Positions 18,073 to 28,224 of a stretch of DNA of 64,000 bases are shown in pieces; within the stretch, counting starts at the first letter, position 1; each line of letters begins with the position of its first letter. This DNA is from Candidatus Bathyarchaeia archaeon (lineage in GTDB: Bacteria; Patescibacteriota; Microgenomatia; PFEM01; JAFGMK01). The notes beneath the pieces were generated by a model. That model was given only the letters and a program-made list of their open reading frames with translations. It did no database searches and had not been told where the DNA came from. Where the stretch lies: positions 177,067 to 241,066 of the forward strand of contig DATKWK010000035.1 in assembly GCA_035529595.1 (NCBI GenBank), read 5' to 3'. Made by a program: the position numbers and the translations under genes.

Positions 18073-19752
18073 TTAAATGGTTTTAAAAATATAAAAAGCC
18101 ACTTCCCCGTCAGGATAGGGAATTTCCTTAACGATTTTGATACTTGAATAGCCTTCAAGACTGTAACCCATCGCCTGGGTATAACCCGGAGTAACCACAA
18201 AAAGTATGCCATCTTTTTTTTCTCCGGTTTTTAAGAATGAAAGATCCGGATTTGCGAAGAGATACTTGCCGAGTCCGACCGGGGAAATAGTAATTTCCTT
18301 CTGAATCGTCTGCGGTGAATAACGGTTATAAAAGAGAGCATAAACAATCGGCGGATCATAAGCCGGACTAAAATAAATCTGACGATACTCGTCCTCAACC
18401 TGATTTAAGTAATCAAAAGTTTGCTGATAACCATAATTCCACCAGCGCCACCAACTGCCTTGTTTATTGGGAAAATGCAAAAAATAGAAATGGAAAAAGG
18501 AAAAGGAGGAAAGCAATAAAGCCAAACTGAAAATTGAAACAAACAACTTTTTTAACCGGCCGGATTTAATCAAAGTAAAAATACCAACCAGACCGTAAGC
18601 TGCCAAAAATTCCCACCAAGGCAAAAACTGGTAAGTCCTAATTGCGTGTGCTCCCCCGTTTTGAGTCAGAGCTGCCGGAACCGGAGTTAAAAACAGTATT
18701 AAAAAAGGTAAAAGCAGTCTTTTATCTTGATTTCTTAAAAAGTTAATAACAATCGCACAGGCTCCGACTAAAATTAGAGGGAAGAAAAGCGGGTAAAGCA
18801 GTCCTTTTTCGCCCGGATTATGACGGAAATTCGGGTCTCCCCTGATAAACAAATAATCGGTGGAAAAACTTGTTAAATAGTTCTTGACAAAATCATCGAA
18901 ATAAAACAGAACTTTATTGTGGATTGCCCTTGGCCAAAAACCGGACCGGGAACATTCGCGCCGAGCCAACTCTACTCTTTCGGCGATGTTCGGGGAGGTA
19001 ATAATTGAGATATTCATGAATCGAGATCCTCCTTGTCCGAACAGAATATCAAATCCCATCGGCAAAGAAATAAGCAAGAGCGGCAGAAGAAAATACCACA
19101 TCTTTTTCTTTGCCAGCAGTTTTTTTCCTTGAAGCAGAAAAAGGAAAGACAAGAATAGGGGGATAAAAAGCTTGGCCGTGCTGTAGGCGTAAAGTGAAAG
19201 TGCAAACAAAATTCCGGAAATCATCAAAATAACCGGCCGATGATTATGTTGGCCTTTAAGGAAAAAAAACAAAGCAGTCAGAAATAAAAGGTTAAACAAG
19301 GTCACTTCCAGTGCGATTCGGGAAAAATGGAAATGCCAAGGTGATAAAACCAAAAATAAACTGGCCAAGAGGGCGATTTTAGTATTATTAGTTATTTCTT
19401 TTACCAAAAAAAAGGTCACGACGATTCCCGAAAGGCTGAAAATAAGGCCGGGTAAACGAACGGCAAAATTAGTCAAGCCAAAGACGGCGATTGAAGGAAC
19501 GGTTGCATAAATATAAAGGGGCATTCGCCAATCGCCGAAAGACTGAAAATGGACTGGAAAACGATTACCGAAATAATCTTTACCGGTCTTCAAAATCGAG
19601 TAAGCCTGATATCCGGTGTCCACTTCATCGCCGAAAAGGCTGGGGGGGATTTTGTTAAAATTAAAAGTACGCAAAAAAGTTGCCAGGGCCAATATCAGAA
19701 GCAACCAAAATTGCCAATAATGCCGTTTGATGTAAACAATGATTTTTTTCAC
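18073..19752 (-). CDS. PMT_2/GT39-like phospholipid-carrier-dependent glycosyltransferase (GT-C)
   Basis: 559 aa; FGDEVDTGYQAYSILKTGKDYFGNRFPVHFQSFGDWRMPLYIYATVP loop motif; multi-TM plus C-terminal domain. Confidence 0.6.
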   Translation of the reverse strand: MKKIIVYIKRHYWQFWLLLILALATFLRTFNFNKIPPSLFGDEVDTGYQAYSILKTGKDYFGNRFPVHFQSFGDWRMPLYIYATVPSIAVFGLTNFAVRLPGLIFSLSGIVVTFFLVKEITNNTKIALLASLFLVLSPWHFHFSRIALEVTLFNLLFLTALFFFLKGQHNHRPVILMISGILFALSLYAYSTAKLFIPLFLSFLFLLQGKKLLAKKKMWYFLLPLLLISLPMGFDILFGQGGSRFMNISIITSPNIAERVELARRECSRSGFWPRAIHNKVLFYFDDFVKNYLTSFSTDYLFIRGDPNFRHNPGEKGLLYPLFFPLILVGACAIVINFLRNQDKRLLLPFLILFLTPVPAALTQNGGAHAIRTYQFLPWWEFLAAYGLVGIFTLIKSGRLKKLFVSIFSLALLLSSFSFFHFYFLHFPNKQGSWWRWWNYGYQQTFDYLNQVEDEYRQIYFSPAYDPPIVYALFYNRYSPQTIQKEITISPVGLGKYLFANPDLSFLKTGEKKDGILFVVTPGYTQAMGYSLEGYSSIKIVKEIPYPDGEVAFYIFKTI

Positions 19753-19788
19753 TTTAAAGTGTAATTTACCCCTTTCTATCCGACTTGA

Positions 19789-20607
19789 TTATAATGCTTT
19801 TCGCAGTTTAACCATCTTTTGCCCGCCGGCGATAACCGTATTTATCAGATAGTGCCTAAAAAGACCGTGATAGATTTTGCTGCTTTGCACCAGATAGCTG
19901 TTAACTTTTCCGGGTGTTTTTTTTCCACTTGCACCGTGACAGTGCACAAATTGCGCCTGGGGAAAGTAGTAAATTCTGAAACCGGCTTTTCTTAACCGCC
20001 GGCAATAATCAAGATCCTCAAAATACAGAAAAAACCGCTTGTCGAAAAGACCGACCTTTTCGGTGACCTGCTTGGGGATAAGCATCACCGCACCGACAAC
20101 AGCCTCAACAATGACCGGTTTATCACCATCCGGTAAATATTTTTGGAAAGCGCCTGACTGACCTAGCCAAAACTCTCTGACTGCTCCGCTAATTGTGGGC
20201 AGGTGGAACACCGAAGACTGGGGCGTACCATCCGGATTAAGAAGTCTGCCGCCGACAATCCCTACGGATTCTGTTTTTTCCGTAAATTTAATTAGACTGA
20301 CAATAGCGCCTTTTCGGCAAATAACATCGGAATTGAGAAGCAGAAGATATTTACCTTCGGCTTTCTTAATTCCTTGGTTAACTGCCTTGGAAAAGCCATA
20401 GTTCTTGGCCAATCCAATAAACTGATAGGCCAAATTTTCTTTCTGCCATTGTCTTAAAAATTCAGCACTGCCATCGGTAGAACCGTTATCGACAACAACT
20501 ACTTCCCAGCTACCTTTTAATCCCCAACAACCATGCTCAAGGCTGCCGAGACATTTTTCAAGAATATTCTTGGTATTGAAACTGACAATAATAATTGATA
20601 CTGTCAT
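19789..20607 (-). CDS. glycosyltransferase family 2 (rhamnosyltransferase/WbbL-like)
   Basis: 272 aa; MTVSIIIVSFNTKNILEKCLGSL...VVVVDNGSTDGSAEFL...LLLLNSDV...YFEDLDYCRR (GT2 DxD and ED motifs). Confidence 0.7.
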   Translation of the reverse strand: MTVSIIIVSFNTKNILEKCLGSLEHGCWGLKGSWEVVVVDNGSTDGSAEFLRQWQKENLAYQFIGLAKNYGFSKAVNQGIKKAEGKYLLLLNSDVICRKGAIVSLIKFTEKTESVGIVGGRLLNPDGTPQSSVFHLPTISGAVREFWLGQSGAFQKYLPDGDKPVIVEAVVGAVMLIPKQVTEKVGLFDKRFFLYFEDLDYCRRLRKAGFRIYYFPQAQFVHCHGASGKKTPGKVNSYLVQSSKIYHGLFRHYLINTVIAGGQKMVKLRKAL

Positions 20608-21494
20608 TCCCCGGCAAATAAGGTAAATATATCTTCATCGCTTAATTTTGTCTCATTCTTCTCTTGGAGACGGCGTGAAAATACCCTAGCTATATTTAGC
20701 AAAGCGGCCAAGATTACTTTCAAATAACCGGGATTTTTCACTAATCTCTTCACAAGAAACTTTCGGTGTTCATTAATCAGTTTTTTAGAGGTCATATTTT
20801 TCCAGATAAAAAACAGTTCATTACGTTGCTTAATTATATCAATATAGCCTTTGGAAAACCGGCTGACAGTTGACTGATGCTGATGGTGGACAATCGATCT
20901 CGGCTCCCATAAAATCTGGTAACCTCTTTTCCAAGCCCGGTAACAAAGATCAATGTCTTCCCAGTAAAAAGGATAATAGAGAGGGTCAAAGCCGCCAAGT
21001 TCCTGCCAAATTCTTTTTCGAAAGGCGGCGCTTCCGCCTGAAGCCCAAAAAGACGAATGCGTCTTTTTACTTTTTGGCCCCGGCACATGTTTTAAGAAAC
21101 CGTTTTCAAATATGCCTTTCGCCCAACTGAACTGAGGTTCATTAAAAGAAACGGCGAAAACACTTGGGTCTGAAAAATCATTAACCAACGGCCTCAGGAA
21201 GCCCTTTGTGGGAATGACATCATTATTAAGAAGCACGACAATATCCCCCCGGGTTTTCTTAACGCCTTCATTACAGGCATAAGCAAACCCGTAATTCTGA
21301 TTAAATCTTACTATACGAAGTGGTGGATTTTTCAGAACCATTTCCTGAAGATAATCTAGGCTTCCGTCAGTCGATCCATTATCGACAACAATTATTTCCG
21401 TATCCTTTCCAACTGACGTCAGGACTTTTAAAAAGTTTTTTTCAAGAAGCTTCTTACCATCCCAATTAGGAATAATTATCGAAAACTTAAGCAT
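20604..21494 (-). CDS. glycosyltransferase family 2
   Basis: ORF 20604..21530; probable start ATG 21494 (MLKFSIIIPNWDGKKLLEK...). EIIVVDNGSTDGSLDYL...VLLNNDV...YWEDIDLCYR. ATGA overlap with the downstream GT2. Confidence 0.7.
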   Translation of the reverse strand: MLKFSIIIPNWDGKKLLEKNFLKVLTSVGKDTEIIVVDNGSTDGSLDYLQEMVLKNPPLRIVRFNQNYGFAYACNEGVKKTRGDIVVLLNNDVIPTKGFLRPLVNDFSDPSVFAVSFNEPQFSWAKGIFENGFLKHVPGPKSKKTHSSFWASGGSAAFRKRIWQELGGFDPLYYPFYWEDIDLCYRAWKRGYQILWEPRSIVHHQHQSTVSRFSKGYIDIIKQRNELFFIWKNMTSKKLINEHRKFLVKRLVKNPGYLKVILAALLNIARVFSRRLQEKNETKLSDEDIFTLFAGE

Positions 21495-21547
21495 TATATT
21501 TATAATAGCGCCTTCTTTCCAGGAAAACAATTTGTTAATATAATCGT

Positions 21548-23122
21548 ATGAATAAAAAAGTTATTCTCTTCTCCGTCTTTCTTGTTGCAATTTTACTCCG
21601 CTGTCTTTATTTCAAAGAAGCAATTACCTTTACTTATGACCAGGCACGCGATGCACTTCAAGCCATAGATATCTGGACAAATGATCCGGTTAAAATAATC
21701 GGGCCCCAAACCGACCTTAAAGGATTGTATCATGGCCCTTTGTATTGGTATTTGATTTCTCCTGTCTACTTTTTTACTAAAGAAAACGTCTGGATAGTTA
21801 AGTTTTTCCTTATACTCGCTAACACCGCTAATCTTTTTTTGATATACAGCCTCAGTTTCTCCCTTTTTAAAGACAAGAAAATCTCCTTCCTGGCAGCTTT
21901 TTTCTATGCAATATCCTTCGAAACAGTTCAATATGCCCGTTGGCTATCAAACCCTTCCCCGGCGATTATATCGACTACCATTTCTTTTTGGTCGCTTTGG
22001 AAATTGATGGAGAACAAAAAATGGGCTTTACCATTACTGCTCTTTTCCTGGGGCCTTTCCGTTCAGTTCGAGTTTTTCTTAATCTATCAAATCAGCATTT
22101 TTGTCTTTATCTGGTTACTGGCAAAAGGCACGAAACTGCCTAAATTAAATAACCGTTGGCTAATGGTTACTTTATTTTCGCTTATTGTACCTTTCATGTC
22201 TTTCCTAGTGGCCGAGATTAAATTTAAAGGCCAAGGATTACAGGCGCTGCTTCTTATCGGTAAAGGTCAGTCTTCGCTGGGAACCAATTTTAGTCGTTTA
22301 CTTTTGGGAACGGTCGATCGATTGGTATTGGTTTTTTTCCACAATCTCTGGGGAGTCAATATTTTTCTAGCAGGTTTAATGACATTAATTACACTTTACC
22401 TTGCTTGTCTCTTGATAACCCGACAAAAAAACTTAAAAAAACAGCTGATCTTACTGGTAATCTGGATAATTTCCCCAATGGCTCTAGATTTCTTTAAGGG
22501 AACTCAAAGCACTTTTGTCACTCTCGGCTCCGGTATCGGTAGTCTCATTTTATCGGCCTATTTAATAAGCTATTTTTTCGCCCGTTCTGGCCGGCGTTGG
22601 CTTTACTTCCTAATTATCGGTATTATAACCTTTGGCAACTTAAAACTAATTATCAGTCAAAATAGGTACGGAGAAACCTTATTTGCGGTCCAAGACAAAA
22701 TGAATTTAGGCGACCAGTTAAAGATAATTGATTGGATTTACGAAGAAAGCGATCAGCAACCTTTTCACCTCAATACAATCACCAATCCTCTTTTCATCAA
22801 TACAACCTGGGCATTTTTATTCAACTGGTACGGAAAAGGCCATTACGAATATATGCCGGTTTGGTGGGGCGAGACCCAAGTTGATGTTTTCGGCTCTGAG
22901 ATCAATTTCTCGCCGGAACAGAAAACTAAGCTGCATTTTTTAATCATCGAACCGGATCCGGGAATGTTCGGCGGTTACATTCAGGCTATCAGGCAATTGG
23001 AAGACAGCCGGTCACAAGTAGTCGCAGATAAACAGTTCGGCAATTTTTTAGTAGAAAAAAGAATAGTTACCAATCCAAGAATCTTTACTTCCCGCGACGT
23101 CTTCGATCTGCTGAGCAAGTAA
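21548..23122 (+). CDS. GT-C-like polytopic membrane glycosyltransferase (TYDQARD loop family paralog)
   Basis: 524 aa on plus strand; N-terminus FTYDQARDALQAIDIWTNDPVKIIGPQTDLKGLYHGPLYWYLISP aligns with 11590..13128. Divergent from the minus-strand GT2 at 21494; 38-nt convergent overlap with the YfhO-like gene. Confidence 0.5.
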   Translation: MNKKVILFSVFLVAILLRCLYFKEAITFTYDQARDALQAIDIWTNDPVKIIGPQTDLKGLYHGPLYWYLISPVYFFTKENVWIVKFFLILANTANLFLIYSLSFSLFKDKKISFLAAFFYAISFETVQYARWLSNPSPAIISTTISFWSLWKLMENKKWALPLLLFSWGLSVQFEFFLIYQISIFVFIWLLAKGTKLPKLNNRWLMVTLFSLIVPFMSFLVAEIKFKGQGLQALLLIGKGQSSLGTNFSRLLLGTVDRLVLVFFHNLWGVNIFLAGLMTLITLYLACLLITRQKNLKKQLILLVIWIISPMALDFFKGTQSTFVTLGSGIGSLILSAYLISYFFARSGRRWLYFLIIGIITFGNLKLIISQNRYGETLFAVQDKMNLGDQLKIIDWIYEESDQQPFHLNTITNPLFINTTWAFLFNWYGKGHYEYMPVWWGETQVDVFGSEINFSPEQKTKLHFLIIEPDPGMFGGYIQAIRQLEDSRSQVVADKQFGNFLVEKRIVTNPRIFTSRDVFDLLSK

Positions 23123-25547
23123 ACCCTATTCTTTGCCAGCACCAGGCAACAGTAAGAAGCAGCCAGACACCCAGACAACTTAAGATGGTACCTATTTGGA
23201 CCGATTCAGGCCGGTATAACAAGTCGACGCGATGCTTACCGGCAGGAACTATAATACCCCGAAAAGAGAAATTAGCTCTGTATGTTTCCGTTTCCTGGTT
23301 ATCGACAAAACTTCGCCACCCGGGATAAAAATTATCAGATACAAAAAGAATTCCGTCCCGATCAGTTTCAACTTCCAAAACAATCTCATTTTGCCAATAA
23401 GATTCTTGATTAATTAACACTATATCTTTTTTTCGGACCGGCAATCCGAAATCCCCTTCGATTTCTTTTTCTAAGATAACTTTCTCCAAAGGATCAAATT
23501 CTTCATCCCTCAACTGTTCTATAATCTCCCTTTCGTCTTTAATTACTTGATAATCGTGAACCAAAAAAACACGCGGAAGAGCCTGTTCATTCAGATAAAC
23601 TTTGGAACGACCGTAATCATAAACCGGTTCGAATCTATCTGCCGTTTCCCCCAGATACCAATCTTTATCCGCCAAAATATAGCGCACACCTAACAAATCA
23701 ACTAACGACGAAGAAAAATTATTAACCTTGACCCAACGACTGCCTACAGACAAGGAAGTAAAATCTGTTTCATTGACCTGATTTGCTAAAAGATTATATC
23801 GCCTGATCATCAGCGGTTCATAACCTTCAACAGAAGATAAATGGTAAGGAATAAACATCCCCTGCGGAATTAAACCGACAAAACGATCAATACCGATATT
23901 CTGTTTCAAATAATCGATTAGGTCGGTGTTTGGGAATAACCAATCTCTTTTACTGAAGCTATTATATTTCCAGCCGAACCGGAAAAGTTCAAAAATAAGA
24001 AGCAATATCAAAAACCCGGGCGCTATTTTTTTAATCCTCGGAAACCGATCCGTGATAAAAATAATTATCATGACAATAAAAAATGCGGCCGTCGGCAAAA
24101 TCATATTCCTTTGACTCACCTTTAAATGAGTAACCAGCTCTGTATTATTTATAACCTTAACCTCTTTAAAGACCCAAAACCACGATAATACCAGGCCAAT
24201 AAGCAGCCAGATAATGATTTTTCTCAATAAGATCAAATCCCGACTCTTGATAAATTCGTCAAATCCGAAAGCTGCCAGTACAGCCAGAAAGAAATCAGCC
24301 AAAAAAAAGGTGCGGCCTACTGAAGCAGCTGCCAATCCGGGAATCTTGAGAGCTTGTATAAGCAAACCGAAAGGCTTAAAAAGGACCAGCATAGAAAACA
24401 GTAAAAAAAGGCGGAAAAAGTTAACATGTCTTTTACTCAAGAAACCATATAGGGCAAAAACTAGTCCGCTGACACCGATAAAACCGGCAACCTCGTTATA
24501 GGGAAGACTTCCCCAGAAATTCTGAGTCGACGGATTGCCGTAAAAATCGGGAAAGAAAAAGAGAATTAAATGCCGTAATGCAATATAGCCCTGATCAAAA
24601 GATCTGGTTGTCACGTCTTCATTTCTGATAGAGTTACGCACTAACTCCCATCCCGGTACCAGTTGTATTCCTGATAAAAGGATGCCAAAAATAATAAAGG
24701 TTATAATTAAACCCATTGAATAAAAATTTCTTACTTTAAAAGTATTAGATAGGTTAAAAAAAAAGGCCACTAATAATAAGTAGATACTGACTTGAGGGTA
24801 ACCGGCGAGCAAAGAAAAGGCAACTGAGACTGCGCCTACTATGAACCAGCCTAAGTTTACTTTTCTGCTTAAACGATTCACTGCAAGAAGAATGAGAGGT
24901 AGCCAAAGACCGGCATGCCCGATAATTCCATACTCCAGCCAGACTAAATTGAAACCGGAATAAGCAAAAATAAGACTTCCAAAAACGGCAGCGGTTTTAG
25001 ATACATCCACACTTTTTAAAAAAAAATAAGAAAATAAAGATGCTAGAAGCGGCTGCAAAATAATATATATTGTCCAAGCATCAATATTCCGAAAAATAAA
25101 AAAAAGAAAATTGAACGGGTAAAAAACCGCGGACTGAAAATTAGCCAGTAGCGGTTGTCCCGCTAAGGCATGAGGAATCCAGAGCGGTAACTTACCAGCC
25201 TTTAAAAGCTCCATTCCGTAGATTCTCCACGGATAAATGATGGAAACTACATCGGAAAGAAGGCCATTCTTGAAAGGAACACCTGCCGGAAATCCGGGCC
25301 AAATATAATCCCGCCAAGGATAGTAAATGCCAACGATTAAATCAGCCGGTATCGGTACCAAATTATGCAATATCGTTTTAACAAAAAAAAGAGCTACCAA
25401 AAAAACAAGGAAAAAGACAAGAATAAAGTCTTTATGTCCGGCTAATTTTTTCAATAATTTTTTCATAACTTTTGCAGAATCTGTCCTTGGAGAACTTTTG
25501 GCTTTCGTATACGGCATTTTGAGATAATTTTTGCCATAAAATTTCAT
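23085..25547 (-). CDS. YfhO-family polytopic membrane protein (GT-C fold glycosyltransferase)
   Basis: 820 aa; N-terminal PADLIVGIYYPWRDY...GKLPLWIPHALAGQPLLANFQSAVFYPFNFLFF and C-terminal DNFYPGWRSFVDNQETE...VPAGKHRVDLLYRPESVQIGTILSCLGVWLL, matching the conserved YfhO ends (ypGW..vdG / ..G.H.v...Y.P). Confidence 0.6.
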   Translation of the reverse strand: MKFYGKNYLKMPYTKAKSSPRTDSAKVMKKLLKKLAGHKDFILVFFLVFLVALFFVKTILHNLVPIPADLIVGIYYPWRDYIWPGFPAGVPFKNGLLSDVVSIIYPWRIYGMELLKAGKLPLWIPHALAGQPLLANFQSAVFYPFNFLFFIFRNIDAWTIYIILQPLLASLFSYFFLKSVDVSKTAAVFGSLIFAYSGFNLVWLEYGIIGHAGLWLPLILLAVNRLSRKVNLGWFIVGAVSVAFSLLAGYPQVSIYLLLVAFFFNLSNTFKVRNFYSMGLIITFIIFGILLSGIQLVPGWELVRNSIRNEDVTTRSFDQGYIALRHLILFFFPDFYGNPSTQNFWGSLPYNEVAGFIGVSGLVFALYGFLSKRHVNFFRLFLLFSMLVLFKPFGLLIQALKIPGLAAASVGRTFFLADFFLAVLAAFGFDEFIKSRDLILLRKIIIWLLIGLVLSWFWVFKEVKVINNTELVTHLKVSQRNMILPTAAFFIVMIIIFITDRFPRIKKIAPGFLILLLIFELFRFGWKYNSFSKRDWLFPNTDLIDYLKQNIGIDRFVGLIPQGMFIPYHLSSVEGYEPLMIRRYNLLANQVNETDFTSLSVGSRWVKVNNFSSSLVDLLGVRYILADKDWYLGETADRFEPVYDYGRSKVYLNEQALPRVFLVHDYQVIKDEREIIEQLRDEEFDPLEKVILEKEIEGDFGLPVRKKDIVLINQESYWQNEIVLEVETDRDGILFVSDNFYPGWRSFVDNQETETYRANFSFRGIIVPAGKHRVDLLYRPESVQIGTILSCLGVWLLLTVAWCWQRIGFTCSADRRRRGK

Positions 25548-26502
25548 CTTCGATTAACTGCCGGGTAAATGTTTGAGCTTCATCAATATTATTCCAGAGG
25601 AAACCATTTCTGCCTGAATCAATTATCTCTTTCTGTCCTCCTTTACCGACAACTATCGGTACACAACCGGCAGCCATTGCTTCAACGGTAGTTATTCCAA
25701 AATGTTCGACTTGTTCCGGACTTTTTCCTTCGTCAATGCCATAACCGGTGGCTGACCAGAAGATTTTAGCTCGCCTATAAAGCTCGCTAATTTGGGTAAA
25801 AGAAACATTAGTCAGAACCTCTATCGGATACCCAAGACTGGCTTTTTTTAAATTTTCAACAAATTTTTTTCCTTCCTTGTCGTTACCGGCCAAAACCAAC
25901 TTCCAGGAATCTTTTCGAGACGCAATAAGTCTTATAAAAATATTTATCAGTACATCTTGTCTTTTGTTGTGTAAAAGGTCCGTGAAACGCCCAACCGATA
26001 AAATAATATTTGACTTTTTTCCCGGACTCAATTTATCAACCGTAACCGGCGGATATATAACTTGACTCTTAATAGAATACTGTTTATCAATAAATAACTT
26101 AGTAAAGTAAGAGTTTGAGATTATCTCATTAATAAATTTAAATTTGATCAGTTCGGCAAGCTTATTACGTCTTATGTTATGAAAGGGAACCTGAAAATGC
26201 AGGAAATTTTTTTTGGCAAAGAGAAAAGGAATACTACCGTCTGAAATAAAAAAAGATAAATCATATTTCCTCATTATTTCTATCTTTTTGAGTAATTTTA
26301 TTTCATTTGGGTTAATGTCTAATATTTTTACTCTTTCGGTGTCTATTGCAAAGATTTGCTGGGCTTTCTTGATCGTATTCATATCAGGCCATAAAATATC
26401 AACCTGCCAGTTCATATCCGTTAAATAGGAAGCCAGTGTCAGAAAGTATCTTTCTCCACCTCCCAGAGTATCAAGATAAGGATCAAATAAAACGGCTTTC
26501 AT
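25432..26502 (-). CDS. glycosyltransferase family 4 (GT-B)
   Basis: 356 aa; HFGITTVEAMAAGCVPIVVGKGGQKEIIDSGRNGFLW (GT4 E-x7-E region). Confidence 0.75.
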   Translation of the reverse strand: MKAVLFDPYLDTLGGGERYFLTLASYLTDMNWQVDILWPDMNTIKKAQQIFAIDTERVKILDINPNEIKLLKKIEIMRKYDLSFFISDGSIPFLFAKKNFLHFQVPFHNIRRNKLAELIKFKFINEIISNSYFTKLFIDKQYSIKSQVIYPPVTVDKLSPGKKSNIILSVGRFTDLLHNKRQDVLINIFIRLIASRKDSWKLVLAGNDKEGKKFVENLKKASLGYPIEVLTNVSFTQISELYRRAKIFWSATGYGIDEGKSPEQVEHFGITTVEAMAAGCVPIVVGKGGQKEIIDSGRNGFLWNNIDEAQTFTRQLIEDEILWQKLSQNAVYESQKFSKDRFCKSYEKIIEKISRT

Positions 26503-26508
26503 ATTTTG

Positions 26509-27282
26509 TTAAGCTTTGTTTTGCATTTCCCAAAGACGGGCATATATGATAAAAGTATTGCCGACTTCAAAAAGCGCATTAATCCAGCCTTCTGTCCCGT
26601 CACGCCAAGCTTGCTGAAGGACGATTCTCTTCCAAAACTTGGTTACCATCATGCGCAAAATCCGCCACCAGGCAACTCGTGGATGGTTTGATGCGAACAA
26701 CAATTCTGCTTCAATTACAGTCCAGTCAATTGTTTTTTCCATCATTGATGACAAGTCTCGGTGTGTCAGATGAATAAGCGGGTTTTTAAGTTTGCCGATT
26801 TTACCACTGATAACCGGCTGTTCATGAAGCTCGCCCACCCAACGGATTAAGTCTTGGCGATGGAAAAGCCGGATAACGTCATCGGGCCAAGCTCCACCGT
26901 AATGCATTTCTTTGCCCAGGTAAAAGTTCCGCCTGGAAATCGCATAAGCGGAAATTTTATTCTTAACAACTTTTTGAATCTCCTTTTTTAACAAAGGCGT
27001 CACCCGTTCATCGGCATCAAGATATAAGATCCAATTTTCTCCTGCCCTCTTCAATGCCTGATTCCGCCACTTGGAAAAATTGTAACCTCTAAATGGAACC
27101 TGAAATACTTTTACGCCCGTATCGCGAGCAACTTGAGCGGTTTTATCACTCGAGCCGGTATCAAAAACAATTATCTCTTCTGCCCAATTAACCGACTTTA
27201 AGGCATCAGCGATCATTGCCTCTTCATTTCTGACAATTATAATGACACTAAGTCCAATTTTATTATTCATCTTCTTTGACAA
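26509..27282 (-). CDS. glycosyltransferase family 2 (paralog family A)
   Basis: 257 aa; LSVIIIVRNEEAMIADALKSVNWAEEIIVFDTGSSDKTAQVARDTGVKVFQVP...WILYLDADERV; collinear with 13130..13939. Confidence 0.7.
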   Translation of the reverse strand: MSKKMNNKIGLSVIIIVRNEEAMIADALKSVNWAEEIIVFDTGSSDKTAQVARDTGVKVFQVPFRGYNFSKWRNQALKRAGENWILYLDADERVTPLLKKEIQKVVKNKISAYAISRRNFYLGKEMHYGGAWPDDVIRLFHRQDLIRWVGELHEQPVISGKIGKLKNPLIHLTHRDLSSMMEKTIDWTVIEAELLFASNHPRVAWWRILRMMVTKFWKRIVLQQAWRDGTEGWINALFEVGNTFIIYARLWEMQNKA

Positions 27283-27309
27283 CGCTGGATGATTGTCGAT
27301 TTAACCCAA

Positions 27310-28224
27310 TTATAATCTTTCCGGCCAGCTGCCCCGACCGAATTTCCTGAGACAGAAATCTATGACCGCTTTTCTTTGCCAAGGACGCCCGAAAATTAAA
27401 AATTTCAATGATTGTTTAAATAGAGCGAATTTTGCCCGCCAAGGGGCGAAAGACCAGCCAAAAAGCAATTGGTTACGAACCATAAAATAATCCTGTAAAA
27501 CTCCCCCGATCTTACTTGAGGCAGCAACTTGATGCCAAACACGAGATGCCGGAACATAAAAAAGATCAAAACCGGCCCGAATTGCCCGCTGACAAAAATC
27601 GGCATCCTCATAATAGAGAAAGTAACGCTCGTCCAACAAACCAATCTGCTTAAAAACGTTACTCTTAATTAAAGTGGCACAAAAACTGGCAAATTCGATT
27701 TTTTTAATCCGATCGTATTGACCATGGTCAACTTCATCTACGCCGCGATGAGGAGTAGCGATATTAGCCCAATCAACTTCACCGCCGGCAAACCAAATAA
27801 CTTTACCACGATCTTTATTCCGGTAACGATCATGATGAAATTCGTAACCGGGTGCAAAATATATCTTTGGTGAAAATATTCCTCCCTGGCGATATTTTTC
27901 TGCTGCTTCAATTAAAGCAACTACAAAACCAGAATCTACCAAAGTATCATTATTAAGAAGTATCACGTAGTCGGCTTCAGCCTTGAGAGCATAACGAATA
28001 CCGATATTATTACCGGCTGAAAAACCCAAATTCTCACCGGTCATCATAAATTTTACCTGGCTAAATTCTGCCCTCAGCGATTCCATATTTTCCTGGGAAT
28101 TATTAACGACAACGATTGTTTCAATCAGATTATTAGCAGACTCAATTCTTTGCAGAGACTCAAGACATTTACCGGTTAAATCCAGTCCTTGATAATGGAT
28201 AATGATGATAAATATCTTTTTCAC
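27310..28224 (-). CDS. glycosyltransferase family 2 (rhamnosyltransferase-like)
   Basis: 304 aa; KIFIIIIHYQGLDLTGKCLESL...IVVVNNSQEN...ILLNNDTLV...YYEDADFCQRA. ATGA overlap with the upstream YfhO gene stop. Confidence 0.7.
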   Translation of the reverse strand: MKKIFIIIIHYQGLDLTGKCLESLQRIESANNLIETIVVVNNSQENMESLRAEFSQVKFMMTGENLGFSAGNNIGIRYALKAEADYVILLNNDTLVDSGFVVALIEAAEKYRQGGIFSPKIYFAPGYEFHHDRYRNKDRGKVIWFAGGEVDWANIATPHRGVDEVDHGQYDRIKKIEFASFCATLIKSNVFKQIGLLDERYFLYYEDADFCQRAIRAGFDLFYVPASRVWHQVAASSKIGGVLQDYFMVRNQLLFGWSFAPWRAKFALFKQSLKFLIFGRPWQRKAVIDFCLRKFGRGSWPERL

